Source of the DNA: Candidatus Latescibacterota bacterium
GTDB lineage: Bacteria; Latescibacterota; UBA2968; GCA-2709665
Reading direction: 5' to 3'
Length of the DNA stretch: 64,000 nt
Assembly: GCA_965248435.1 (NCBI GenBank)
Contig: OZ252100.1
Coordinates: 4,032,001 to 4,096,000 of the forward strand
Every line of letters begins with the position of its first letter. The first letter of the stretch is position 1. The notes beneath the pieces were generated by a model. It searched no databases. It worked only from the letters and a program-made list of their open reading frames with translations, and was not told the origin of the DNA. This document shows positions 46,021-55,680 of the stretch, piece by piece. The translations under genes and the position numbers were made by a program.

Positions 46021-46839
46021 ATGTCCGCACGAGACGAATACCGCTATAACCGTCTGAACTGGGAAGAGATGAACGATGCGATCACTGCGCAGAAACTGGT
46101 GATCCTGCCGACGGCATCCACCGAGCAGCACGGCAAGCATTTGCCGCTGGACACCGACCTCTTCCTGACCGAGTCGATCTGCCTGGAGGTTGGACGCCGC
46201 GCCGCCGACAAGGTCCTGGTGCTGCCACCGATTGCTTACGGCCTGAATCTTCACCACATCGACTTTCCCGGCACGGTGCACATCGAACCGGAGGTCTTTA
46301 TCGCCTTCTGCCTGAACATCGCCAAGAGCGTCGCCTACCACGGCTTCGAGAAGATACTGCTCGTGAACGGCCACGGCTCCAATTCACCGCTGGCCAACCT
46401 CGTGGCCCGAAAGGTCACTCTGCAGACGCGCTCCCTCGGCTTCGCCTGCGACTTTCTGAGCTTCCTGACAGAGAAGTTCCAGGAGGTGCGTGAGTCGGAC
46501 GTGATGTCCCACGCGGACGAGTTCGAGACCTCGCTCTACCTTCATCTGGCCGCAGACCGGGTCAAGATGGACAAGGCTGAAGCGGGCGACGATCGGATGG
46601 GCAAATACGTTTCTTCCGACAGCTTCTCGCCTTATGTTCGGTTCAACGACTACTGGAGCCGCTGGACCCAGCTGGGGGTGCACGGCGACCCGACGGTGGC
46701 CACGGCCGAAAAGGGAGAGATTATCTTCGAGGCTGCCGTGGAGGGCCTGGTCGACCTGGTCGACGAGCTGCGCGACTGGCCCGTAGAGACGCGCGCCGAC
46801 ATGCACGCCAACCCGGTCCAGGCGGACATTCGCTGGTAG
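46021..46839 (+). CDS. Creatininase family amidohydrolase
   Basis: EQHG-x-HLPLDTD, NGHGSN, HADEFETS, GVHGDP. Confidence 0.92.
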   Translation: MSARDEYRYNRLNWEEMNDAITAQKLVILPTASTEQHGKHLPLDTDLFLTESICLEVGRRAADKVLVLPPIAYGLNLHHIDFPGTVHIEPEVFIAFCLNIAKSVAYHGFEKILLVNGHGSNSPLANLVARKVTLQTRSLGFACDFLSFLTEKFQEVRESDVMSHADEFETSLYLHLAADRVKMDKAEAGDDRMGKYVSSDSFSPYVRFNDYWSRWTQLGVHGDPTVATAEKGEIIFEAAVEGLVDLVDELRDWPVETRADMHANPVQADIRW

Positions 46840-46925
46840 GCCATCGTCTAATCGGGACGGGCTGTGGCGTTCTACGAGTAGAAGCACGAACACGATCGTG
46901 AAATTGAAGATGAAAGGGGTCGGCT

Positions 46926-48119
46926 ATGAGCGAGGTCAGAATCGGGGTCATCGGCGCAACAGGGCGAGGCACGATGGCCAGACACTGGCACGACCCGGGG
47001 GGTCGCTCCGTTCTGGTCGGGGCCGCGGATCCCTCCGAGGAGGCATTGGATTGGTTCAGGGGGAACGTGAACGAGAAGGCATTCACGACTCGGGACCACC
47101 GGGCGCTGCTGGATCGGAAGGACGTGGACGCGATCGCCGTGATGAGCCCCGACGACACGCACGAGCAGTTCGTCTGCGACGCGTTCGAAGCGGGAAAGCA
47201 CGTCTTCTCGGAGAAGCCGATGGCCATTACGACGGAGGGCTGCGACCGGATGCTGCGCGCGTGGGTGGATTCGGGGAAGCGGTTCATGATCGGGTTCAAC
47301 ATGCGATACTCGAATCTCTTCCGCGTGATGAAGGAGGCGATCGACTCGGGCGCGATCGGCGAGGTCAAGGCTGTGTGGGTGAGACATTTCGTCGGGCATG
47401 GGGGGGACTGGTACTACCACGACTGGCACGCGGAGTCGCGGCGCTCGACCGGGCTGCTCCTGCAGAAGGCGTCGCACGACATCGACATGATCCACTGGCT
47501 GACCGGGCGATACACCGAGCGGGTCGCGGCGTGCGGTGGACTGGACTATTACGGGGGCGACAAGCCGAACGATCTGCGCTGTCCAGACTGCGATGAACAG
47601 GAGTCGTGCGTGGAGTACCAGGATTTGAGTGAATCGCCGTCGGCGATCAAGGTGAACAAGATGAACCAGTGTGTGTTCCGTGAGGAGGTGGACGTGGAGG
47701 ACAACAGCATCGTGATGATGGAGCTGGCGGGCGGGATCAAGGCCTCCTACATGCAGTGCCACTTCGCCCCGGACTACTGGCGAAACTACACGTTCATCGG
47801 GACCGAGGGTCGAATCGAGAACCTGGACGACAGCACAAAAGTGATCGTGCGCACGCGCGACAAGTCGAACCGCTGGAAGAATTTCGGGGACCAGGACATC
47901 GATATAAAGCAGGTATCGGGCGGTCATTTCGGCGCGGATCCGAGAGTCTGCAAGGAGTTCGTTGACGTGCTGTTGGACGGAAAGAAGCCACTGAGCACAC
48001 CCCTCGCCGGGCGGATGAGTGTAGCGGTCGGCTGCGCGGCGACCGAGTCTCTCCGAAACGGCTGGCAGCGGAGGGAGGTGCCGCCGGTGCCTGAGGACAT
48101 TCGCGACAAAGTCTACTAG
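46926..48119 (+). CDS. Gfo/Idh/MocA family oxidoreductase
   Basis: IGVIG, SEKP, GFNMRY, LLQKASHDID, GGH-x-G-x-D. Confidence 0.92.
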   Translation: MSEVRIGVIGATGRGTMARHWHDPGGRSVLVGAADPSEEALDWFRGNVNEKAFTTRDHRALLDRKDVDAIAVMSPDDTHEQFVCDAFEAGKHVFSEKPMAITTEGCDRMLRAWVDSGKRFMIGFNMRYSNLFRVMKEAIDSGAIGEVKAVWVRHFVGHGGDWYYHDWHAESRRSTGLLLQKASHDIDMIHWLTGRYTERVAACGGLDYYGGDKPNDLRCPDCDEQESCVEYQDLSESPSAIKVNKMNQCVFREEVDVEDNSIVMMELAGGIKASYMQCHFAPDYWRNYTFIGTEGRIENLDDSTKVIVRTRDKSNRWKNFGDQDIDIKQVSGGHFGADPRVCKEFVDVLLDGKKPLSTPLAGRMSVAVGCAATESLRNGWQRREVPPVPEDIRDKVY

Positions 48120-48304
48120 CAGGCATTTGCCAAGCTGATCTTTAAGGGGGGTGAGCAAGAGATTAAGGCGGCTGGCAGGGAGGTGCCTGCCTGTTTCTGG
48201 CGATATTCGCGACAAGTTGCTCTAGGTCGTCCATATATAGAAGTAGAAAGCGCGTAGACCCCGTCCCGCCTCTTGCGATTTGAGACGGGTTTTTGTTTGC
48301 GGAT

Positions 48305-48344
48305 TTGACAAAACCTGACTGTTTGTATATATTGATTATATACA
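48305..48344 (+). promoter_or_regulatory. Sigma70 promoter overlapped by a palindromic YtrA-type operator
   Basis: TTGACA-17 nt-TATATT; perfect inverted repeat TGTATATA-TTGAT-TATATACA at 48324-48344. Confidence 0.8.
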
Positions 48345-48396
48345 GAATGATCAGTTGTGGGAATCGATATAATCCTGTTTACTGGGGTGGCTTGAC

Positions 48397-48792
48397 GTGC
48401 TCTTAAGCCTTACCGATCTCTCGGACGAACCTCTGCAGCACCAGATAACACGGCAGATTCGAGCCAAAATTCTGTCCGGGGATCTCCAAGCGGGCGTCGA
48501 TCTGCATTCCATCAGGTCCCTTGCGAGGGAGCAGCGCGTGAGTGTGATCACGGTTCAGCGCGCTTACGAGGGCCTGGAGCGGGAGGGGCTGATTCACGCC
48601 AGGAGGAGAAGGGGGTTTTTCGTCTCAGCGCTGTCGGAAAGAGAGAAGAGGCGAATGGCCAAGCAGAGACTGCTCGAAAGACTGAGACCACAGATCGCGG
48701 CAGCTCGCGCGGAGGGGCTCTCGGAGAGCGAGATCAGGAAGACCCTTGCCCGGCTGCTGAGGCGGCCCAGGCGAGCGGTTTCGGTGACATAG
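48397..48792 (+). CDS. GntR family regulator, YtrA subfamily
   Basis: Short GntR wHTH (SIRSLA, SVITVQRAY) with a short helical C-terminus, upstream of an ABC ATPase. Confidence 0.9.
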   Translation: MLLSLTDLSDEPLQHQITRQIRAKILSGDLQAGVDLHSIRSLAREQRVSVITVQRAYEGLEREGLIHARRRRGFFVSALSEREKRRMAKQRLLERLRPQIAAARAEGLSESEIRKTLARLLRRPRRAVSVT

Positions 48793-48802
48793 GAGGAGGG
48801 CT

Positions 48803-49687
48803 ATGTGCAAAGCGCTTGAAATGTGCGATGTCGTCAGAACGTTTCCCGAGTTTCAGCGCGGGCCCCTGAATCTCGAATTGGATCCTGGTACCGTGCTTGG
48901 CTACGTCGGTCCGAACGGATCGGGAAAATCCACGACGTTCCACTGCCTGATGGGCCTGCTCAGGGCTGACAGCGGGGAAATGAGGATCTTCGGGCGACCG
49001 AACGATCTCAACAAGCCTGAATGGAAGTTCGACATCGGGTATGTGGGGGATGAGCACGTCTTCTATGAGAACTGGTCGGGTGAGCGGAACCTGAAGTTTC
49101 TTTCACAGTTCTACCCGAACTGGTCAGACTCGCTGGCGGAAGGCCTCGCAAAGCGCCTCGAGCTTCCGTTAAAAAAGAAAGCCAGGGAGCTCTCGACGGG
49201 CAACCGCGTGAAACTCGCGCTGGTCGCCGCGATGGCCCATTCCCCGAGGCTTCTGGTTCTGGATGAGCCGACATCCGGGCTGGATCCGGTCGTTCGAAAC
49301 GAAGCGCTGGACGTGCTGTTCGAAGTGATGGAGACAGGGGAGCGGGCGATCTTCTATGCGACGCATATCCTTCAGGATATCAGCCGGCTGGCGGACGAGC
49401 TTGTCTTTCTGAACGACGGGCAGATCTATCTGAGGACGCCGAAGGACGACCTGACGGATCACTGGCGAAAGCTCTCGTTCCGGCATTCTGGAATCGTTGC
49501 CTCGATGGAGGGTGTGGTCAGTCACAGACAGGAAGGCGAGGATCATGAGGTGATCAGTGCAAACGGCGGTGCCACGCTTCAGCAGCTCGGTGAGCTGGGG
49601 GCGGAGAACGTGCAGGAGAATCGGATGAGCATCGATGAGATCGCGGTAGAGATCATCAGAGAGGGGAAGGATGTGGCGGCTTCTTAA
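48803..49687 (+). CDS. ABC transporter ATP-binding protein (YtrB-like)
   Basis: GPNGSGKST, LSTG, LDEPTSGLDP. Confidence 0.93.
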   Translation: MCKALEMCDVVRTFPEFQRGPLNLELDPGTVLGYVGPNGSGKSTTFHCLMGLLRADSGEMRIFGRPNDLNKPEWKFDIGYVGDEHVFYENWSGERNLKFLSQFYPNWSDSLAEGLAKRLELPLKKKARELSTGNRVKLALVAAMAHSPRLLVLDEPTSGLDPVVRNEALDVLFEVMETGERAIFYATHILQDISRLADELVFLNDGQIYLRTPKDDLTDHWRKLSFRHSGIVASMEGVVSHRQEGEDHEVISANGGATLQQLGELGAENVQENRMSIDEIAVEIIREGKDVAAS

Positions 49688-50276
49688 GGGGGAGTTAAGC
49701 TATCAAAGAGGTTTGTTTCTGTTCGCGCTTGTCGTTACCGGATTTCTGTTCGGATTCGTGCTTAGCAGATTCCCGTTCAGCTATCCGCTTGTGAAGGCAA
49801 GAAACCCTGTGGGCATGGTATTCTTCCTCTTGATTGTAGGTAGAGGTGCGAATATAATGCCGAAGAGAGCCCGTGCTCACATACTGCTCCCAGTTTCGGT
49901 GCGCAAGCTGGCTTCTGGCCGCCTTCTTACAGGATTGACCTTCTGGATCTTCGTGGTCGTCGTGGTCGCTTTCTGTATCATGTTTGACGACAAAATGATG
50001 GATCATGTCTCCCTTTGGACAATGGTTTGTTTAGCGGGGGTTTTGCTGACCCTTAACGCAGCAGTTCTAATCGTTCTTGACAGAGTATCGAACGAATTGA
50101 TTCAATCAGGTTTATTACTCTCGGTGTTGATTGTTTGTGCCTTTTCTGGATTTTGGTTCATCACAGGCCGTCTTCCCTCTACTCCGGAATGGGCGCTTCT
50201 GCTCAATCTCCTGGCTCTTGGACTTTCGTGTCTGAGTATCTTTGTGTTTTCAGACCGCAGATCGTATCTGCGCTGA
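49671..50276 (+). CDS. Putative ABC permease-like membrane protein
   Basis: About six TM segments; overlaps the ATPase stop; LLPVS motif. Confidence 0.7.
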   Translation: MWRLLKGELSYQRGLFLFALVVTGFLFGFVLSRFPFSYPLVKARNPVGMVFFLLIVGRGANIMPKRARAHILLPVSVRKLASGRLLTGLTFWIFVVVVVAFCIMFDDKMMDHVSLWTMVCLAGVLLTLNAAVLIVLDRVSNELIQSGLLLSVLIVCAFSGFWFITGRLPSTPEWALLLNLLALGLSCLSIFVFSDRRSYLR

Positions 50277-50326
50277 TGAAGGAAAGGCGATCACAGGACA
50301 AGCGGACAATCATCATGGAGTGAGAA

Positions 50327-50986
50327 ATGTGGCGCCTCATTAAAGGGCATTTCGACTATTACAAATATACCTATCTGGCGGCCTTCCTTTTTCACATCGC
50401 TATGGTCGCTTTTCTAATATACAGGAGAGAGTTAAGACTGGGAGACGAGCAACTCACCGGTATTGTTATCTACTCTGCGGTAACCGCCGCAATACTTTTG
50501 GGAGCCATGCATGGGGCATATACCGAAATCTGTAAGGACAAGCTCGATCGCTTTCATACTTTGTTGCCCTTACCTGTGTTTCAGCTCTCTCTTGTCGGGC
50601 TCGGAGTTGGTTTGCCAATCTTTTTAACGGGCGACACAATTCTTCTAACGATTCTATTCGTTCTCTTACAAGATTACATAACAAGTCACATGCTGTGGAA
50701 ACTGCTGGTGATTCACGGTATGATTATCTGCGTGTCTATGACGATTCACAGCATTCTAAACCTGTCGTTCGGATTCGAAATGAGATACGTGAAACGCGTG
50801 GACGCAAAGTCCTTCAGCCAGTGGATTATGCCCCTGCTTCTAGTTGCTTTGCTTCTCCCTGCTATGTTCTACTCCGCAATGAAAGAATTCTCTGGGCTCG
50901 ATGCGCTTGCATGGAACTTGCTTGGCTTGGCTCTTTACTGCGCCACCGCGGTCCTGTCCGCGCGCCGTCGATCCTATCTCTTGTAA
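50327..50986 (+). CDS. Putative ABC permease-like membrane protein (paralogue)
   Basis: Shares the MWRL-x-KG start, H-x-LLP and RRSYL end with the previous gene. Confidence 0.7.
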   Translation: MWRLIKGHFDYYKYTYLAAFLFHIAMVAFLIYRRELRLGDEQLTGIVIYSAVTAAILLGAMHGAYTEICKDKLDRFHTLLPLPVFQLSLVGLGVGLPIFLTGDTILLTILFVLLQDYITSHMLWKLLVIHGMIICVSMTIHSILNLSFGFEMRYVKRVDAKSFSQWIMPLLLVALLLPAMFYSAMKEFSGLDALAWNLLGLALYCATAVLSARRRSYLL

Positions 50987-51088
50987 CGAAAAAAACGAGG
51001 GGGTTTTACCTCTCCACAGACCTATCTTGATGTCCGCCGGCAGATCGGCGAACACGAGAGCCCTGTTCGAGATTTCTAGACCTGTCTT

Positions 51089-52573
51089 TTGACGGTGAAT
51101 GATATGGCTGGAGCCAATACTCTGAATCGTCTGCCCCTGACTGCGGTCCTTCTGCTCTGTGCAGTGCGGGTTTCGGCAGCTGATCCAACTGTGACCCTGG
51201 AGCCGTGCGCGGATGACGTGGGTGTAGATGGTGCCGAGTGCACCACACTCGAGGTGTTCGAAAATCGAGCCCTGGGTGAGGGGCGAAGCATTTCCCTGAA
51301 CATCGCTGTTCTGCCCGCCCTTGGCCTCAAGGTGCAGCCCGATCCGCTCTTCGTGCTCGCGGGCGGGCCGGGTCAGGCCGCTACCGATCTGGCCGAGTTG
51401 GTGGACGAATTCATGCGCCGCATCCGCCGGGAGCGGGATATCGTGCTCGTCGATCAGCGCGGAACCGGGGATTCGAACCCGCTTGACTGCGAGTTCGTAG
51501 ATTCAGACTCACTCCACTTCCTGCCGGAGGATCGGTTTCTTGATCCCCTTCGCGATTGTCTGGCGTCGTTCGATGCGGATACTCGCTTCTACACGACGCC
51601 CGTCGCTATGGACGACCTTGACGACGTGCGCGCCGCGCTGGGATACGATCGGATCAACCTCTGGGGCGGCTCCTACGGGACTCGAGCGGCACTCGTCTAC
51701 CTGCGTCGCCACGAGGAGCACGTGCGGTCGGTGATTCTGGATGGGCTCGCCCCGACTTCAATCAAGCTGCCGCTCTCGTTCGGCCAGGACGGCAATCGCG
51801 CCCTTGACATGATGCTGGACGACTGCGCGACCTCGCCGGACTGTGGCCCCGCCTTCGCCGGTGTCCGGGAAAAGCTGTACAGCCTGCTGGCGAGGCTGGA
51901 CCGTGAACCGGTTCGGACACGAATCCAGCATCCACGCACGGGCGAGTGGATAGAGGTGCCGGTCACACGGAATGCGGTTGCCCTCCTGGTTCGCGCTGCC
52001 CTCTATAGTGCGGAGCTCAGCGCACTCCTGCCATTGGTGATCGAACGCGCGCACGAGGGCGATTTTGGCCCGCTCGCCGCGATGAGTGATCCGTGGACGG
52101 ATCTCGACAAGGCGATGAGCGTCGGGATGCTTTTCTCGGTCATCTGCAGTGAGGACATCCCCGGTCTCAGCGACGCGGATCGACGCGAACTGTCGGGCGA
52201 GCCTTTCCTGGGCAGTGCCGTTGTCGACGTGTGGTCGAAGGTGTGCGGCTTCTGGCCGCGAGGTGAGGTGCCTGCGGGCTATTACGACCCGACCGTTTCT
52301 GACAAACCGGTGCTGGTCCTGTCGGGTGAGCTGGACCCGGTGACGCCGCCTCGATGGGGTGAGGAGGTGGTGCAACACCTCGAAAACGGACGACACGTCG
52401 TTGTGCCGGGTGTGGGCCACGGCACCCTGGTCGCCGGCTGTGTGCCCAAACTGATGGCCAAATTTATCGATCAGGGCAGTGCGAAGGACCTGGACGTGGA
52501 GTGCGTCAAGAAGCTGCGCCGTCCTCCGTTCTTCAGCTCGTTTACCGGCCCGGGGCCGAAGGGGGCGCCGTGA
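51089..52573 (+). CDS. Secreted alpha/beta hydrolase (TAP-like peptidase, S33)
   Basis: LAGGPG, DQRGTG, GGSYG, DPVTP, GHG. Confidence 0.9.
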   Translation: MTVNDMAGANTLNRLPLTAVLLLCAVRVSAADPTVTLEPCADDVGVDGAECTTLEVFENRALGEGRSISLNIAVLPALGLKVQPDPLFVLAGGPGQAATDLAELVDEFMRRIRRERDIVLVDQRGTGDSNPLDCEFVDSDSLHFLPEDRFLDPLRDCLASFDADTRFYTTPVAMDDLDDVRAALGYDRINLWGGSYGTRAALVYLRRHEEHVRSVILDGLAPTSIKLPLSFGQDGNRALDMMLDDCATSPDCGPAFAGVREKLYSLLARLDREPVRTRIQHPRTGEWIEVPVTRNAVALLVRAALYSAELSALLPLVIERAHEGDFGPLAAMSDPWTDLDKAMSVGMLFSVICSEDIPGLSDADRRELSGEPFLGSAVVDVWSKVCGFWPRGEVPAGYYDPTVSDKPVLVLSGELDPVTPPRWGEEVVQHLENGRHVVVPGVGHGTLVAGCVPKLMAKFIDQGSAKDLDVECVKKLRRPPFFSSFTGPGPKGAP

Positions 52574-53301
52574 TTCGAGTGGAGGGCCTCAGCAAACGGT
52601 TCGGCGAGGTCGTGGCCGTCGACGACCTCGATTTCGTTGCCCCGGACGGGGCCGTAACCGGGCTGCTGGGTCCCAACGGGGCCGGGAAGACGACGACGCT
52701 GCGGATGCTCTATGGCCTGATGCAGCCCGATGATGGCCAGATGTGGGTCGACGGCATCGAGGTGGGGAGCGATCCTTTGGGCGCTCAGGCGCACATGGGT
52801 GTGCTGCCGGATTCACAGGGGCTGTATCCCCGGCTGACGGCGCGTGAGCACCTTCGCTACTTCGGACGGTTGCAGGGGATGCGCGGCGACGCGCTTGAAT
52901 CGCGCATCGAGGAGCTGATCGCGCGGTTCGACATGGCGGGGATCGCCGACCGGCGCGCACAGGGATTTTCCCACGGCGAGCGCGTCAAGGTGGCGCTGGG
53001 TCGCGCCCTGGTGCACGACCCGGAGAGCGTGCTGCTGGACGAGCCGACGAACGGTCTGGATGTGCAGAGCACGCGCGCAGTGCGCACGCTCATCCGCGAG
53101 ATGCGACAGCAGGGCAAGTGCGTCCTGTTCTCCAGCCACATCATGCAGGAGGTCTCGGCGCTGTGCGACGCGATCGTCATCATCGCGGGCGGACGCGTCG
53201 TCGCCAGGGGCACGTCTGATGAACTGCTGGAGCAGACCGGCCACGACAGCCTGGAGGACGCCTTTGTCGCGCTGACGGGGCTCGACGAGGTGCCGTCGTG
53301 A
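52570..53301 (+). CDS. ABC transporter ATP-binding protein (NatA-like)
   Basis: GPNGAGKTT, FSHG, LDEPTNGLDV, SSHIMQEV. Confidence 0.92.
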   Translation: MIRVEGLSKRFGEVVAVDDLDFVAPDGAVTGLLGPNGAGKTTTLRMLYGLMQPDDGQMWVDGIEVGSDPLGAQAHMGVLPDSQGLYPRLTAREHLRYFGRLQGMRGDALESRIEELIARFDMAGIADRRAQGFSHGERVKVALGRALVHDPESVLLDEPTNGLDVQSTRAVRTLIREMRQQGKCVLFSSHIMQEVSALCDAIVIIAGGRVVARGTSDELLEQTGHDSLEDAFVALTGLDEVPS

Positions 53302-54476
53302 ATTCGCAGACCCAACAATCGGTCGTCGTCTTCCTGAAGGAGCTGAAGGATGGTCTGCGAGACCGCCGCTCGATCCTATCGGCACTGCTATTTCCGCTCC
53401 TGGGCCCGCTAATGATCACGTTCATGTTCAACACGATTATCGAGCGCCAACGAGAGGCTGAAGATATCGACATCCCGGTGGTGGGGGCAGAACGTGCGCC
53501 GGGGTTGATCGACTGGATCGAGCGACGCGGCTTCGATGTGGTGAAAGGTCCTGAAGATCCTGAGGCGGCCGTGCGCGATGGGGACTTCGACCTCGTGCTG
53601 GTGATTCCGGATGATTTCGCGGATGATTTCGCTCAGGCGCGCACCGCTACGGTCGAGCTCGTGCGTGACGGGTCACGCAAGGAGGCAGATCCTGCCGTGA
53701 GGCAGGTTCGAAGCCTGGTGCGCGGCTATGGCAGGATGATCGGCGCTCTTCGCCTGGTCGCGCGGGGCGTGAGCGCCCAGGTCTCCAGTCCGATTTCCGT
53801 CGAGTATGTCGATGTCGCGACGGCACGAAAACAGGCGGCGAACCTGTTTACTTTCGTTCCTATGTTCGTGATCCTTGCCGCCTTTATCACCGGGATGAAC
53901 GTGGCGATCGACACGACTGCCGGTGAAAGGGAGCGCTCATCACTGGAGCCCCTGCTCATCAACCCGGTGCCGAACACGGCGATTGTCACGGGCAAGTGGT
54001 TGGCCGCCGTGTTCTTTTCGGGCGCGGGCATTGCCCTGACCCTCAGCGCCGTGGCCTACGCACTCTCTCGCGTGCCCCTGAAGGAAGTGGGCATCGAACT
54101 TGAGCTGGGTACGCCTGAGATCGTCGGGGTCCTGGCCGCAACCCTGCCTCTCGCCCTCTTCGCCTCCGGTCTACAGCTCTTGGTGGCGACGTTCGCGCGG
54201 TCGTTCAAGGAGGCGCAGACTTACATCTCTCTGCTGATCTTCCTTCCAATGGTTCCGCACTTCATCACTTCGGTTTACTCGCTGGACACGGCGTTCTGGA
54301 TGCTGCTGGTCCCGGCCCTGGGTCAGCAGGTCCTGCTTACGGACGTGCTCGGCGGTGACCAGGTAGACTTTCTATCCTTCGTCGTAGTGGGACTATCTTC
54401 CCTGGTGCTCGGTCTCCTGTGCGTCTGGATTACATCGCGCCTCTTCCGGCGTGAGCGGATCATCTTCGGCGGGTGA
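53298..54476 (+). CDS. ABC transporter permease (NatB-like)
   Basis: KEL-x4-RDRR, AGERERSSLEPLL, ARSFKEAQ. Confidence 0.9.
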   Translation: MNSQTQQSVVVFLKELKDGLRDRRSILSALLFPLLGPLMITFMFNTIIERQREAEDIDIPVVGAERAPGLIDWIERRGFDVVKGPEDPEAAVRDGDFDLVLVIPDDFADDFAQARTATVELVRDGSRKEADPAVRQVRSLVRGYGRMIGALRLVARGVSAQVSSPISVEYVDVATARKQAANLFTFVPMFVILAAFITGMNVAIDTTAGERERSSLEPLLINPVPNTAIVTGKWLAAVFFSGAGIALTLSAVAYALSRVPLKEVGIELELGTPEIVGVLAATLPLALFASGLQLLVATFARSFKEAQTYISLLIFLPMVPHFITSVYSLDTAFWMLLVPALGQQVLLTDVLGGDQVDFLSFVVVGLSSLVLGLLCVWITSRLFRRERIIFGG

Positions 54477-54606
54477 ATGAGGCGGTGCGAGGCCGCTTCG
54501 GGTTCGCACCATAATCTCCTTGTCGGCACGGCCAGACAGCGCCATTTTGTAGCGATTCGTCCGACCCAATTCCGCGAGAAATCAACGATATATAAGGAGA
54601 GAAAGC

Positions 54607-55305
54607 GTGGGGCTTCTAGGCACAGCCGCGATGGTCTTCTGGTTTGAGGTCAATAAAGATCAAGCTGACCACGACGCGTGGCACTCGCACGAGCATCTGC
54701 AGGAGCGGCTCCGCGTTCCTGGGTTTCTGCGCGGCCGACGGGGCGCCGGGGTGTCGGGAGCGGCCGGGTATTTCGTGATGTATGAGGTCGAGGACCTCGC
54801 GATTCTCACCTCACAGCCTTACCTCGACCGCTTGAATAACCCGACTCCCTGGTCGCAGAGGACCATTTCAACGATGCGGAACATGAACCGCACGCTGTGC
54901 CGGGTCGTGGCGAGTTTCGGTGCGGGGATCGGTACAGAATTGCTCACGATACAACTTGCTCCAGCAGCCGACCAGGCCGAAACACTGCGGGACTGGCTGG
55001 TCGCCGACGCATTGCCCGGCTTGGCTCAACAGCCCGGTGTCGTTGGCGCGCATTTGCTCGAAGCGGATGAAGCCGCAAGTAAAACGGAGACGGAAGAGAA
55101 ACGGCTCCGCGAGTCCGAAGACGAGATCGCCGACTGGGTGGTCCTGCTGGAAGGGTATGATGCCGAGGGGATCCGTTCCGTTTCCGAGGGCCTGCTGTCG
55201 GAGGCGTCTCTGACCGAGCACGGCGCGTCCAGCGACCCCGTTTCGGCCAGGTATCGTCTCGTTCATACGATGAGTGACCGTGACGTGCTTACATCGAGCG
55301 AGTGA
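54607..55305 (+). CDS. Hypothetical protein, dimeric alpha-beta barrel-like (EthD/DUF4286-like)
   Basis: WH-x2-EH-x2-ER-x3-PGF, Y-x2-RLNNPTPW; AAGGAG Shine-Dalgarno. Confidence 0.7.
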   Translation: MGLLGTAAMVFWFEVNKDQADHDAWHSHEHLQERLRVPGFLRGRRGAGVSGAAGYFVMYEVEDLAILTSQPYLDRLNNPTPWSQRTISTMRNMNRTLCRVVASFGAGIGTELLTIQLAPAADQAETLRDWLVADALPGLAQQPGVVGAHLLEADEAASKTETEEKRLRESEDEIADWVVLLEGYDAEGIRSVSEGLLSEASLTEHGASSDPVSARYRLVHTMSDRDVLTSSE

Positions 55306-55313
55306 GGACGAAG

Positions 55314-55661
55314 ATGGACGGCCCGTTTCAACTTGCTGACAGCGTCATCGATGCCGTCATCCACGATCCCGGTCCCGCGGTTTTCCTGCTCCGGCGAATC
55401 GAAGAGACACCGGAACACGCTTACTACCGCCCGCTGGTGGGTCGCACCGAGGGAGACGACCTCGCGCAGACCCTCAAGCGATGGCTCGACTCCGACTATC
55501 GCGTCTTCTGGTTCGAGTATGCGGCGTCGGACGATGCGGCTTTTGAAGAGGAATGCAGGATGTGGCACGAGCTGGACGGTCCGGACGGGAAACTCGACAA
55601 CGAGGCGCATCCGAACGCGAGCGGGAGTTTGACCGCTCGGTGCCCGGTCTGTTCGACGTAA
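55314..55661 (+). CDS. Small GIY-YIG-like protein with C-terminal CxxC
   Basis: P-AVFLL...LVGR...DL...LK...EEEC-x2-WH...LDN-x2-HP...CPVC. Confidence 0.55.
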   Translation: MDGPFQLADSVIDAVIHDPGPAVFLLRRIEETPEHAYYRPLVGRTEGDDLAQTLKRWLDSDYRVFWFEYAASDDAAFEEECRMWHELDGPDGKLDNEAHPNASGSLTARCPVCST

Positions 55662-55680
55662 CGCTGACGGGAGGACAAAG

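Noticed and set aside
46021-46839. Mycofactocin system (MftE-like creatininase)
   Set aside because: No precursor peptide, radical SAM enzyme or other mft genes nearby.
48260-48294. Possible terminator CCCGTC...GACGGG-TTTTT
   Set aside because: The loop is long and irregular; too weak to list as a feature.
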